57,701 nucleotides of DNA from an uncultured Gammaproteobacteria bacterium. Its GTDB lineage: Bacteria > Pseudomonadota > Gammaproteobacteria > Steroidobacterales > SZUA-146. A model generated the notes under the pieces. That model saw nothing but the letters and a program-made list of their open reading frames with translations. It did no database searches and was not told the origin of the DNA. The first letter of the stretch is position 1, and each line of letters begins with the position of its first letter. The position numbers were made by a program, and so were the translations under genes. This document shows positions 29,907-39,988 of this stretch, in pieces. Location: positions 1 to 57,701 of the forward strand of contig CAWUKD010000004.1 in NCBI GenBank assembly GCA_963922815.1, in the 5' to 3' direction.

Positions 29907-31157
29907 CTAGTGGGCTACGCCTGCCGCACCGTGTTCGTCGATCAGTGCACCTGTTGTAAAACGGTCAAGTGAAAACGGCGCATTGATCGCATGAGGACGA
30001 TCATGAGCAACGGTATGAGCAAAGGCCCAGCCTGAACCTGGCGTTGCTTTAAACCCACCCGTACCCCAGCCGCAGTTAAAATAAAGACCTCTCACCGGCG
30101 TCTTGCTGACGATAGGACAGGCATCAGGGCACACATCGACAATACCGCCCCACTGCCGGAGCATGCGCATTCGTCCAAAAATCGGAAACAGCTCTACAAT
30201 CGCCTGCATGGCATGCTCAATAACATCAAAACTGCCGCGCTGGCCGTAGCCGTTGTAGTGATCAATACCGGCCCCGATAACGAGCTCGCCTTTGTCCGAC
30301 TGGCTGATATAACCGTGCACGGCATTCGACATGACGACCGTATCCAGGACAGGCTTAACAGGCTCTGAAACGTAGGCCTGCAAAGGATGACTCTCAATCG
30401 GCAGGCGAAGCCCTGCCATGTCGGCCAACACTCCCGAATGGCCTGCCACCACCACGCCTACTTTGCGGGTAGTGATAGCGCCCCGGGTCGTGTCCACACC
30501 CACCACCTGATCGCCGTCACGCCGGATTCCGGTAACCTCGCACTGCTGAATGATATCGACACCCAGGTCGTGGGCGGCTCGCGCAAACCCCCAGGCAACC
30601 GCATCGTGCCGGGCAACGCCTGCCCGCCGCTGCAGCGACGCTCCCAGTATCGGGTAGCGACAATCCGGTGATGTGTTGATGTGAGGAATTGCGGCTTTGA
30701 TCTGCGCCGGATTCATGACCTCGGCGTCAATGCCGTTAAGCACGTTTGCTGCGACGCGCCGTTTGATATCCCGAAGATCCTGAAGACTGTGCCCAAGATT
30801 CCAAACGCCGCGGGCACTAAACATGACGTTGTAGTTGATATCCTGACTCAGGCCTTCCCAAAGCTGCAGTGACTTCTCGTAAAAATTGGCCGCTTCAGTC
30901 CACAGATAGTTGGAACGAACGATGGTGGTATTGCGCCCCGTGTTACCGCCACCGATCCATCCTTTTTCAAGTACGGCAATATTGCTGAGCCCATGCTCCC
31001 TGGCCAGGTAGTACGCCGTTGCCAGACCGTGCCCGCCGCCACCTACAATAATCGCGTCGTAGTCGGGCTTCGGCGCCACGTCGCGCCAGTTTTCTTCCCA
31101 CGCTGTATTACCACCAAGCGAATTCTTGAGCAGCCGGAATACGTTATGCTTCTTCAT
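29907..31157 (-). CDS. soxB: Sarcosine oxidase beta subunit
   Basis: [56 protein letters not shown]. Confidence 0.96.
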   Translation of the reverse strand: MKKHNVFRLLKNSLGGNTAWEENWRDVAPKPDYDAIIVGGGGHGLATAYYLAREHGLSNIAVLEKGWIGGGNTGRNTTIVRSNYLWTEAANFYEKSLQLWEGLSQDINYNVMFSARGVWNLGHSLQDLRDIKRRVAANVLNGIDAEVMNPAQIKAAIPHINTSPDCRYPILGASLQRRAGVARHDAVAWGFARAAHDLGVDIIQQCEVTGIRRDGDQVVGVDTTRGAITTRKVGVVVAGHSGVLADMAGLRLPIESHPLQAYVSEPVKPVLDTVVMSNAVHGYISQSDKGELVIGAGIDHYNGYGQRGSFDVIEHAMQAIVELFPIFGRMRMLRQWGGIVDVCPDACPIVSKTPVRGLYFNCGWGTGGFKATPGSGWAFAHTVAHDRPHAINAPFSLDRFTTGALIDEHGAAGVAH

Positions 31158-31588
31158 TGATGCTCGCTTTCGTTATCCTGATGGTCGCCGTGTTCGTAGC
31201 TCAGTGACTGGGGCAATCCATCATCGAGGTCATAGTAGTCACCCGCCGATTCGACAAAAATGTGACCCGAAGCCGTAAGCCGTGTGGGTGTATTGAGCGT
31301 GCCGGCCATGATGCTGACCGTTCCGCGCCGCGCCGCTTCCCAGAACATACTGGAACCACACTCGCAGCAAAAACCACGCCTGGCATTGTCCGATGATTTG
31401 AACCACGTCAAACCGCGCTCTTCGCTGATAATTAGATCATGTTTGGCACAGGCCGTCGCGGCAACAAAGTGCCCACTGGTCTTTCGGCACTGTTCACAAT
31501 GACAGTAGATGACGTCACGCATCGGTCCGGTGACTGAATAGCGTACCGCTCCGCACAGACAGGAGCCATCTCTGGCAGGATCAGTCAT
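31154..31588 (-). CDS. GFA (glutathione-dependent formaldehyde-activating)/CENP-V family protein
   Basis: [28 protein letters not shown] zinc motifs; overlaps both neighbours. Confidence 0.9.
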   Translation of the reverse strand: MTDPARDGSCLCGAVRYSVTGPMRDVIYCHCEQCRKTSGHFVAATACAKHDLIISEERGLTWFKSSDNARRGFCCECGSSMFWEAARRGTVSIMAGTLNTPTRLTASGHIFVESAGDYYDLDDGLPQSLSYEHGDHQDNESEHQ

Positions 31589-34037
31589 TGGCGCCATTTA
31601 CATCTCGCAGTCGTTCGTTCGCAGAGTCAAAAGGGCTCTCCCCGATGACAGTGGCATCAAACATCCTGCCAAGAATTTCAATCTGAAGCCGGGTACCGGT
31701 CTGCGTGTGTTCGGGCTTGAGCATACACAGAGCCAGCGATGTATTGACACGAAAACCAAACCCGCCTCCTGTCGCTCGGCCCACCAGTTCTCCATCGATG
31801 GTCAGCGCATTGTTGCCAAGCGCATCTGCGTCGTCCACACCGTGAACCTCAAGCGTCGCAAGCTGATAGCTTCGCCCACGCTGCTCCCAGGCCAGCAAGG
31901 CATCCCGTCCCAGAAAATCGCCCTTCTCCGGGTGAATAAACCGGTCCATACCGGATTCGTATGCCGAGTATTCGATTGAGAGTTCGGTTCCAACCATGCG
32001 ATACGACTTCTCGAGTCGCATACTGTCCATCGCACGTATTCCAAACGGCTTCAGGCCCAGGTCGTGACCTGCCGCAAACAACGCGTCGAACACATGGTTT
32101 TGATACTCGATGGGATGATGTAACTCCCAGCCGAGTTCACCTACATAGTTAACCCGCATCGCCACATTGGGCGCCATACCGACAATGACGTTCTGCGACG
32201 TCAGCCAGCGAAACGCTTCGTTGGAAAAGTCCGTGCGCGACACGCGTTCAAGAAGCTGACGCGATTTCGGCCCCGCGAGCACCAGCACGCCCATCGATCC
32301 GGTCAGGTCCTGGAAATGCACTGACCCGTCCCGAGGCATGTGTTTTTTCAGATAGTCGTGGTCGAGTCGCTGCAGCGCTCCCGCAGACACCAGATAGAAC
32401 GATGTATCAGACTCACGTCGAATGGTGAACTCGGAGTGCACTCCTCCGCGAGTATTCAAAGAATGGCACAATCCGATCCCGCCGACTTTCTTCGGAATCC
32501 GGTTAGCCACCATATAGTCAAGAAATGCTTCCGCGCCGCTCCCGCTGATCCGGCACTTGGCGAAAGCGGTCATATCAAGCACGCCTACATTTTCGTGCGT
32601 GTTCTTAACCTCGCGGCCCATCGCACTGAACCATTTCGAACGCCGGAATGACCAGTCATCGACGGCTTCTTCGCCGTCCTGCGCAAACCAGTTGGCTCGT
32701 TCCCAGCCAAACTTCTGACCAAACACGGCACCCATCGATTTGAGGCGGTCGTAGCACGGTGCAGTACGCAACGGTCGTCCAGCCTCGCGCTCTTCATCCG
32801 GATAGTGAATGACGAAGACATTGGCGTAGGCTTCTTCGTTCTTCTGAACCAGATAGGACTTGGTTGCATAGTCCCCGAAACGGCGCGGATCAACACCCAT
32901 CATATCGATGGTAGGCTCGCCTTCAACAATCCACTCCGCCAACTGCCAGCCGGCGCCGCCGGCTGCTGTAATACCAAAGCTGTGACCTTCATTCAGCCAG
33001 AAATTGGGGACGTCCCAGGCCGGCCCGATAATCGGGTTGCCATCGGGCGTATAGGCAATGGCGCCGTTGTACACGTTCTTGATACCGCATTCCGCAAACG
33101 CCGGAACGCGCTCCATGCAGGCTTCGATATGCGGCTCGAGACGCTCAAGATCACCCTCGAACAGTTCGTATTCCGCATCGACGGAAGGACCATCCACATA
33201 GCACGCCGGAGCTCCTTTTTCGTACGGCCCAAGAATAAAGCCTTTGTTCTCTTCCCGCAGATACCACGAATCATCTGACTGCCTGAGCACCGGCAGCTCC
33301 GGGTCCCCTCGCTCGTGTCTTGCAACGACATCGGGATGCGCTTCGGTCACGATGTACTGATGCTCGACCGGCACTACCGGTACATCAAGCCCGACCATTT
33401 CCCCGGTCTGCCTGGCGTAATTTCCTGTGCAGGAAACAACATGTTCGCAGGTGATCGTGCCTTTGTTGGTAACGACTTCCCAGCGATCGTCATCCGTTCG
33501 ATTGATATCCGTGACCAGCGTCTGGCGATAAATGGTCGCGCCATTGGCCCGAGCCCCTTTCGCCAGAGCTTGCGTGAGATCCGCTGGCTGAATATAGCCG
33601 TCATCGGGGTGGTAGATAGCGCCCACCAGGCCGTCAGTAGTACACAGCGGCCAGAGCTCGCCGACCTGCTCGGGCGTTAAAAACTCAACGTTGATTCCGA
33701 TAGTCTTCGCCGTGGCCGCGTACTGCATGTACTCGTCCATGCGATCCTGATTCATCGCCAGGCGCAGGTTACCGCACGTCTTCATGCCGACGGCCTGCCC
33801 GGTTTCCGCTTCCAGTGACCGATACAGATTGACCGAGTACTTGTGCACCTGCCCAACGCTGTAGCTCATGTTAAATAGCGGCAGGAGTCCGGCAGCATGC
33901 CAGGTCGAGCCCGAAGTGAGTTCCGCTTTTTCGAGGAGCACGCTGTCCTCTCCCCAGCCTTTTTTGGCCAGATGATACAGCGTACTTACCCCTACTACCC
34001 CGCCACCTATGACGACAACGCGTGCCTCTGATTTCAT
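31581..34037 (-). CDS. Dimethylglycine dehydrogenase-like GcvT-family flavoprotein
   Basis: VIGGGVVG, SGSTWHAAGL, YTPDGNPIIGP, GcvT domains, SMRLEKSYR; likely ATG at 34037. Confidence 0.88.
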   Translation of the reverse strand: MKSEARVVVIGGGVVGVSTLYHLAKKGWGEDSVLLEKAELTSGSTWHAAGLLPLFNMSYSVGQVHKYSVNLYRSLEAETGQAVGMKTCGNLRLAMNQDRMDEYMQYAATAKTIGINVEFLTPEQVGELWPLCTTDGLVGAIYHPDDGYIQPADLTQALAKGARANGATIYRQTLVTDINRTDDDRWEVVTNKGTITCEHVVSCTGNYARQTGEMVGLDVPVVPVEHQYIVTEAHPDVVARHERGDPELPVLRQSDDSWYLREENKGFILGPYEKGAPACYVDGPSVDAEYELFEGDLERLEPHIEACMERVPAFAECGIKNVYNGAIAYTPDGNPIIGPAWDVPNFWLNEGHSFGITAAGGAGWQLAEWIVEGEPTIDMMGVDPRRFGDYATKSYLVQKNEEAYANVFVIHYPDEEREAGRPLRTAPCYDRLKSMGAVFGQKFGWERANWFAQDGEEAVDDWSFRRSKWFSAMGREVKNTHENVGVLDMTAFAKCRISGSGAEAFLDYMVANRIPKKVGGIGLCHSLNTRGGVHSEFTIRRESDTSFYLVSAGALQRLDHDYLKKHMPRDGSVHFQDLTGSMGVLVLAGPKSRQLLERVSRTDFSNEAFRWLTSQNVIVGMAPNVAMRVNYVGELGWELHHPIEYQNHVFDALFAAGHDLGLKPFGIRAMDSMRLEKSYRMVGTELSIEYSAYESGMDRFIHPEKGDFLGRDALLAWEQRGRSYQLATLEVHGVDDADALGNNALTIDGELVGRATGGGFGFRVNTSLALCMLKPEHTQTGTRLQIEILGRMFDATVIGESPFDSANERLRDVNGAND

Positions 34038-34149
34038 ACCTGCGATCCTGTTCTGCCGCGCTTTCGGTGCGGTAGTGATTAAGCCCGAGCTGTCCAGTAC
34101 GGACAAACGGGGCCGGGCTGTCCGGGGCACAATTGCCGAGCCGTTCCAA

Positions 34150-34213
34150 AGTGTAATTGAGCCTTGGCAAACACTGTAGTCTAAATCCGACAAGCCGTGC
34201 CGGCAAGACGCCT
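34150..34213 (-). promoter_or_regulatory. Activator-dependent promoter for the DMG dehydrogenase-gfa-sox operon
   Basis: Minus strand AGGCGT-N15-TGTCGG, with TACACT 37 bp after the TGTCGG start; same geometry as at 42386-42449. Confidence 0.55.
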
Positions 34214-34271
34214 AAGGTCTGATTTTTAGTTGGGTTTTAACCGAGGCAATCTGCCTGATTGCGCCCTCTGC

Positions 34272-34829
34272 TCAAACGCAGTTCTGTGGTTCGCGGGCAA
34301 ACAATGCTCGCAGACGGTCTTCAAAATGAGCCAGTGGCCGGGTCGGGTAGTCCGGATCAAAAGACACCTGATCCCATTGGGCACAAAACGCCGCGCAGGC
34401 CTCATAATACGGATGATCCTTAAGCGCTTCCCGGGCGTTTCTGTCCATGTCGAAATGGTGAAACCAGTAGTAGCCCTGGAACAATCCATGGTGCAGCACA
34501 ATCCAGTAGCTCTTCTCGCTGACATAGGGGCGTAACAGGGCCGCCGCCGCCTGCGAATGGTTGTGGGGGCCGATCACGTCGCCGATATCGTGCAACAAGG
34601 CGCAGATCACCATTTCGTCACTGGCCCCGTCAGCTTCGGCTCGCGTTGCGGTTTGCAACGAATGCTCCAGCCGGCTGATCTGGTATGGCGAATCGCCGTC
34701 CATAGAGCGCATCCATTCAAGCACCCGGTCCGCCAGCTGGCTGGCGTTGTGAGCGTCGTGCCGGGAAACGAGCTCATAGTCCTCGCGCGTGCCGTGCTCC
34801 ATGGCCGTAAAATTAACTACTTTCGTCAT
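34272..34829 (-). CDS. HD-domain diiron oxygenase, TmpB/PhnZ-like
   Basis: Six-ligand set H(LEHS)-HD(LLHDIG)-H(HNH)-H(LHHG)-D(WDQ); ends SFDPDYPT. Confidence 0.8.
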   Translation of the reverse strand: MTKVVNFTAMEHGTREDYELVSRHDAHNASQLADRVLEWMRSMDGDSPYQISRLEHSLQTATRAEADGASDEMVICALLHDIGDVIGPHNHSQAAAALLRPYVSEKSYWIVLHHGLFQGYYWFHHFDMDRNAREALKDHPYYEACAAFCAQWDQVSFDPDYPTRPLAHFEDRLRALFAREPQNCV

Positions 34830-35926
34830 TCCGCCTTCTCCAGTTGACGCTTTAATACAGTCAGATGATTGCGCACACCGTCGTGCTCGAAATACGCATC
34901 CTGCAAATGGCGTCTTCCCGAAGGATCAAACCCGTTGCGAGCATGCAAGACCCGGTGTCCGGCGACCAGCAAACACTGTTCGCTTTCCAACCTGAAGACT
35001 ACTCGCGCCTGTTCGCTCATTAACCGCCTGCTGAGTTCGTGATAGGCCAAATAGAACGCCTCCAGCTTTGGTGTATTCGGGCTCAGGGTTTGCATCAGCT
35101 GATTCGAGTAGCGCAAATGAACTACGCCGCCGTCAGCGCCCACCCGAATAACCGGATTGACTGCAAAGGTTTCTTCCTGTTCATCAAACATCCTGAATGG
35201 CACCGACACCTGACATAGCACGTCGAACATATCCGGATGGTCGATTCTGAGCTGCTCGGCAATGGCCCATCCGTCTACAATAACTGTTTCGCCTCCTTCA
35301 CACTCGTTTACCAGCATATGTAGCCCCTGAACCGACGGAGGCCAGGACGAACTGGCAAAGTCATTGTGCGGCGGCAGAGGCAGCGACGTATGTGCCACGT
35401 TATAGCCGCCCGGATCCACCCGTACTTCATGTAACCGACCAAAGGGCATGTCGCGTATGCACCCAAGTCGCGGCTGCAAGCGCTCCAGCATGCCGCTCCT
35501 GCCCGGCATGTTAGTAATAACCAGCGCACCCAACGTAAGGAACTGCTCTATGGCGGAAGCCGCAACAACAGCTGTGTGCAGGAACTCGCCGAATTCGACC
35601 GTTGGCGGCGAAAACCCCTTGGTCCAGTGTTTGGTCTGAACTCCATCAAACCGTTCCAGCGTTCGAATATAGTCACCGTCAAAGCGGCTTTCGTGTCCGT
35701 CCGGCCACCGGATGACCAGCTCATCGTTTGAGAGCGCGGCACTGGCAGGACGCAGTTGCGCCGGAACGGAGGACAACATAAACCGCTTCTCATCCGTTTG
35801 CACAACGCGACACTCGGCGCACCGGCAATTGTCACGCAACCACAAGTGTGGCAGCTCACACTGTGTACTGTTGGCCCAGGTAACGCGGGTCACCGTGGTG
35901 CCTATGTCGACTGTTCCGGGCATCAT
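34826..35926 (-). CDS. Fe(II)/2-oxoglutarate dioxygenase, BBOX/TmpA-like (TauD family)
   Basis: GBBH-like N-domain WLRDNCRCAEC; HND...H(VLHAR) facial triad; RHLQDAY; ATGA overlap with the HD gene. Confidence 0.85.
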   Translation of the reverse strand: MMPGTVDIGTTVTRVTWANSTQCELPHLWLRDNCRCAECRVVQTDEKRFMLSSVPAQLRPASAALSNDELVIRWPDGHESRFDGDYIRTLERFDGVQTKHWTKGFSPPTVEFGEFLHTAVVAASAIEQFLTLGALVITNMPGRSGMLERLQPRLGCIRDMPFGRLHEVRVDPGGYNVAHTSLPLPPHNDFASSSWPPSVQGLHMLVNECEGGETVIVDGWAIAEQLRIDHPDMFDVLCQVSVPFRMFDEQEETFAVNPVIRVGADGGVVHLRYSNQLMQTLSPNTPKLEAFYLAYHELSRRLMSEQARVVFRLESEQCLLVAGHRVLHARNGFDPSGRRHLQDAYFEHDGVRNHLTVLKRQLEKAE

Positions 35927-36011
35927 GGGGACTACCTTTAAATGTAATAAAACGATCTGCCGCTAGCTGTGCCAGTGCACTTTACAGCCGGCCGTTCACG
36001 ACTATGGCGTA

Positions 36012-38057
36012 CTACTTATCCTGAATCTTGCTATCGGACAGCGCAACCCGCTTTCTGCGGCGCCTGCGCGAACTCTCCTCGCTCACAGGAGGGGCCGCGC
36101 GTTTCGGCGGTCGCTCAACCGTGGAAAACAGCTTCGTGTAGGGGTCCGTCTTGTGCGGCACAGCCATCGCACTGACAAAGTACTCCTGAAACGCAGGTTC
36201 GATCGCAGTTTCGATCTTTTCTATACGCTTTACAACCTGTTCGATCGTGCGTCTGGAACCCCGGTTAAGTAACGCCTTCAGCGCGCCTAATCCTGCCGCG
36301 TTTCCGGCTGACGAAACATGGTTCAATTCGCAGTCAGGGATCAATCCAAGCACCATCGCGTGCTTCACATCAATGTGACTGCCAAACGCACCGGCCAGTC
36401 GCACGCGCTTCACATCGCGACTGCCATAGTGGTCCATTAGCAGACTGACTCCGGCATGAAGTGCGGCTTTGGCCAGCTGAATTTGGCGCACATCGTTCTG
36501 CGTAATCGTAAGCTTGATGTCACCTTCATGAAGAACATAGGACCAGGTTCTTTCGTCCGGCTCAATACGCGAGGACTGCTCTGCCAGTGTTCCGTTAATA
36601 ACTCCGTCTTCTGTAATCACACCGGCGAGAAACATCTCAGCGACCACTTCGATAATACCGGAACCACAAATCCCGGTTACTCCGATGCCCGCGATTGACT
36701 CTGCGAAACCCGGATCATCTGACCATAGCTTGCTGCCAATAACTCGAAACCGCGGCTCAAGTGTTTCAACATCGATTCGCACTCGTTCAACAGCACCTGG
36801 TGCCGCTCGTTGTCCGCAGCTGATTTGCGCGCCTTCGAAAGCAGGTCCGGTAGGGCTCGAGCAGGCCAGAAGGCGTGTCTTGTTGCCGAGGACAATTTCC
36901 GCGTTTGTACCAAGATCGATTAACAAGGTGAGTTCATCGCGGTTTTGAGGAGACTCACTCAAGACCACGGCGGCAGAGTCTGCGCCTACATGACCCGCAA
37001 TGCACGGCAGTACATAGACTCGTGCGCCCGAATGCACCGACAGGTCCAGCTCGCTGGCTTTCAGACTCAAGGCACCGTCTGTAGCAAGCGCAAACGGCGC
37101 GCCACCAAGCTCAACGGGATCGATACCCAGCACCAGATGATGCATGACCGGGTTACCCACCAGCGTCAGCTCCAGAATATCGTCAACCCCAATGGTGTCG
37201 TGCGGCTTCACGAGCGCATCGCACAGCTCGTTAAGGCCTTCACGAATAGCACCTGTCATTTGCGCTGCACCCTCCGGATGCATCATGACGTAAGACACGC
37301 GACTCATCAGGTCCTCTCCGAACCGGATCTGCGGATTCATTACGCCTTCGGAACCGATGATCTGCCCGGAAGTCAGATCCACAAGGTGTGCGGCGACCGT
37401 GGTCGAACCAATATCGACAGCCACGCCATAAACGGACTGCCTGAACCCAGGCCACACGGCCACGATCTGTGACGCGTCATACACCGCAACCGACACCTTC
37501 CATTCGCCTTCACGCAGCGCGCGCTGCAAACCGGGCAGCACAGATACGTCGCACTCCAGTGCGGACAGTCCCCACTCTTTTTCGAGCGCCTTGCACAGGC
37601 GCTGCAGATCACCGGAGGGATCATGCATGTCGGCTTCTTCAACACGGACGTAGTGCATACGCACAGCCGTATCCAGCTCAACTTCAAGATCACCGGCGGC
37701 CTTGCGTACGACCTGCCGATGCACCTGACTGCTGGCAGGCACATCAATTACCACGTCGCCTTCTATGCGCGCCTGACAGCCCAGCCGACGATCGCTCGCC
37801 AACTCCCGTTTTCCACGAGGACCATAGTGTTTCTCGCTATCCGCCACAGCCGACAAATGATCGACGCTTGACCGGATACCGTGCTTCGGAAACTCACCGT
37901 CAGTACACTGAACCTGACAGCGACCGCAAAGCGCACGTCCACCGCACACCGAATCAATATCGACACCCAGCGAACGCGCGGCATCGAGCACCGGAGTGCC
38001 GAGCGCGAAATCACCTCGCTTGCCACTGGGAGTGAATACGACGCGAGCAGTGCGCAT
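36012..38057 (-). CDS. ASKHA-domain ATP-dependent corrinoid reductive activator (RamA/RACo-like)
   Basis: N-terminal 2Fe-2S (CGGRALCGRC...RLGCQ); DIGSTT, DLGTNAE, SPTGPAFEG, AGAFGSH. Confidence 0.92.
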   Translation of the reverse strand: MRTARVVFTPSGKRGDFALGTPVLDAARSLGVDIDSVCGGRALCGRCQVQCTDGEFPKHGIRSSVDHLSAVADSEKHYGPRGKRELASDRRLGCQARIEGDVVIDVPASSQVHRQVVRKAAGDLEVELDTAVRMHYVRVEEADMHDPSGDLQRLCKALEKEWGLSALECDVSVLPGLQRALREGEWKVSVAVYDASQIVAVWPGFRQSVYGVAVDIGSTTVAAHLVDLTSGQIIGSEGVMNPQIRFGEDLMSRVSYVMMHPEGAAQMTGAIREGLNELCDALVKPHDTIGVDDILELTLVGNPVMHHLVLGIDPVELGGAPFALATDGALSLKASELDLSVHSGARVYVLPCIAGHVGADSAAVVLSESPQNRDELTLLIDLGTNAEIVLGNKTRLLACSSPTGPAFEGAQISCGQRAAPGAVERVRIDVETLEPRFRVIGSKLWSDDPGFAESIAGIGVTGICGSGIIEVVAEMFLAGVITEDGVINGTLAEQSSRIEPDERTWSYVLHEGDIKLTITQNDVRQIQLAKAALHAGVSLLMDHYGSRDVKRVRLAGAFGSHIDVKHAMVLGLIPDCELNHVSSAGNAAGLGALKALLNRGSRRTIEQVVKRIEKIETAIEPAFQEYFVSAMAVPHKTDPYTKLFSTVERPPKRAAPPVSEESSRRRRRKRVALSDSKIQDK

Positions 38058-38074
38058 AAGTACGGGTACCGGGG

Positions 38075-38968
38075 TTAGCTGGCGCGACGGCGACGGCGGT
38101 TTCTTCGTCCCGCCCCGTCAGCCGATGGCTGCCGGTATTTGCGAATCCAGTTGGCGCAATCCGGGTCGTTGCCCATCATCACGTCGGCGCCCAATACCGC
38201 CTGGATCACCTCTTCGTGCAAGGGACTGGTGATGGCCGAGGTCATCCCGGCCGAAATTGCCATGGTTAGAAAGGCACTATTGATACCGTTTCGGTTGGGC
38301 AGGCCAAAACTGACGTTCGACGCACCACAGGTTGTATTCACCTTGAGCTCTTCACGCAGTCGCCGCACAAGATGCATGACCTGCTTGCCGGAGCTGTTGA
38401 TCGCTCCAATGGGCATAACCAGCGGATCCACCACCACGTCGCTGCGAGAAATGCCGTGGTCGGCTGCTCGCTCAACGATCTTCTTCGCGACTTCGAATCT
38501 GACGTTGGGATCTTCTGAAATGCCGGTCTCGTCGTTGGAAATCGCCACTACCGCAGCTCCGCTCCTGGCCACCAGCGGGAGCACGGACTCCAGCACTTCG
38601 TCTTCGCCGGTAACCGAATTAACCAGCGCTTTGCCCTGATAAACGGACAAACCGCTTTCCAGCGCCGCAATGATGGATGAATCTATCGACAGTGGCACAT
38701 CGGTTATCGATTGGACCAGTTTGACGCACTCGGCCAATATGGCGGGCTCGTCCGCCAACGGGATGCCGGCGTTAACGTCCAGCATGTGGGCGCCAGCCGC
38801 CACCTGGGCAAGCGCATCGGCCTCTACCCGGCTGTAGTCACCGTTTTTCATTTCCTCCGCCAGAATTTTTCTTCCGGTCGGGTTAATGCGCTCGCCGATA
38901 ATGACGAACGGCTGATCAAAGCCAATTTTGACTTCGCGAGTTGCCGAGCTAATGGTAGTTATGGTCAT
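38075..38968 (-). CDS. Pterin-binding methyltetrahydrofolate:corrinoid methyltransferase
   Basis: IIGERINPTGRK, LDVNAG, LSIDSS, VNSV, VDPLVMP, GASNVSFGLP. Confidence 0.92.
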   Translation of the reverse strand: MTITTISSATREVKIGFDQPFVIIGERINPTGRKILAEEMKNGDYSRVEADALAQVAAGAHMLDVNAGIPLADEPAILAECVKLVQSITDVPLSIDSSIIAALESGLSVYQGKALVNSVTGEDEVLESVLPLVARSGAAVVAISNDETGISEDPNVRFEVAKKIVERAADHGISRSDVVVDPLVMPIGAINSSGKQVMHLVRRLREELKVNTTCGASNVSFGLPNRNGINSAFLTMAISAGMTSAITSPLHEEVIQAVLGADVMMGNDPDCANWIRKYRQPSADGAGRRNRRRRRAS

Positions 38969-39038
38969 CGATGTAATCTCCGTGGTTTTCAGGTCGGCAT
39001 CGCGTATTGCCAGCAGTATCAGAATTCACCGCGTGAAC

Positions 39039-39383
39039 TCACGTTTCATCCTCGACCGACGCGTCTTCAGGTTTGTCAGGCGAGTTACCCTTGTTTTTCA
39101 CCAGCGCCGTCAGCATCTGATCCGTGTAGGCCGCTTCTATCTCATCAGCGGCTCGCTGAGCAACAGTCTGATAATCTTCTTCGCCACGGTACACCTCACT
39201 CTCACGACGCCATTCCGCAATATAGGCGTCGCTGCCGCCCTTCCCTGCTCTCATTGCGGCCCTATCTATGGCGGCCTGAAAACGCGGACTGAGCATGACC
39301 TTACCGCTGGTGCGGCGTAATTTGACGATCACCTGAGACGGAATATCGCGCCAGTAAACGATGATTTTTTTGGGTGAAGGCAA
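39039..39383 (-). CDS. 'Virulence factor'-family small protein of corrinoid methyltransferase clusters
   Basis: VYWRDIPSQVIVK...RFQAAIDRAAM...AYIAEWRR; TTG start with GGGAG RBS. Confidence 0.75.
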   Translation of the reverse strand: MPSPKKIIVYWRDIPSQVIVKLRRTSGKVMLSPRFQAAIDRAAMRAGKGGSDAYIAEWRRESEVYRGEEDYQTVAQRAADEIEAAYTDQMLTALVKNKGNSPDKPEDASVEDET

Positions 39384-39385
39384 GG

Positions 39386-39988
39386 TCAGACTCCCACTAC
39401 GGCCTGCAGCTCGGGAAGCAGTTCACCGAACCCTGTCTCCACGCTGCAGTAGTCGAGCCTAAGATAATCTGCAATGTCGCGAGCTTTTTGTTCGAGCAAC
39501 GGACTGCGGGATTGCATCAGATACATAACCTTTTGGTAATTGCCAAAAAACTGCGGCAACAGCTCGGGATGAACATCAAGCTTCAATGAACGCACAACCA
39601 GCCGGTCAAAATGTCGCACAAGAAAATCGGTCAAATAGAACGTGGCCGGATCGGCATCATGGTATTGATCAAATTGTGACTGACCGGCGAACGTTGCGTA
39701 GCAATGGAGACCCGGAAGTCGCTCAAGGCCAAATTCAGTCAGCACCTTGTCGAGTTCGCCGTACGTACCGCAGTCGGCAAATGCAACGAATACTTTTTCA
39801 TAAGATCCGTTGGCATGAATCAATTTATCGCGCACCGCAGGCGCAATCCTGGTTGGCGTGAAATGCAGGTTCGCATCAATAGCCTCAATCTCGATATGCC
39901 GCCATTGATTCAGCGTTCTGATCTGATGAATCTCACGCGCTATCGCACCGCACGCGATGATCAGAATGGTTTTACCCGGCCGCGGCAC
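39386..39988 (-). CDS. DUF1638 domain protein
   Basis: IACGAIARE, ANLHFTP, FADCGT, HCYATF, FYLTDFL; probable GTG start at 39988 overlapping the corrinoid gene. Confidence 0.8.
   Translation of the reverse strand: MPRPGKTILIIACGAIAREIHQIRTLNQWRHIEIEAIDANLHFTPTRIAPAVRDKLIHANGSYEKVFVAFADCGTYGELDKVLTEFGLERLPGLHCYATFAGQSQFDQYHDADPATFYLTDFLVRHFDRLVVRSLKLDVHPELLPQFFGNYQKVMYLMQSRSPLLEQKARDIADYLRLDYCSVETGFGELLPELQAVVGV

Noticed and set aside
8565-34204. GCCGTGCCGGC at 8565 and 34194, with a near copy at 22860 (reverse)
   Set aside because: Only 11 bp and GC-rich, with differing contexts; too weak to call a REP element.
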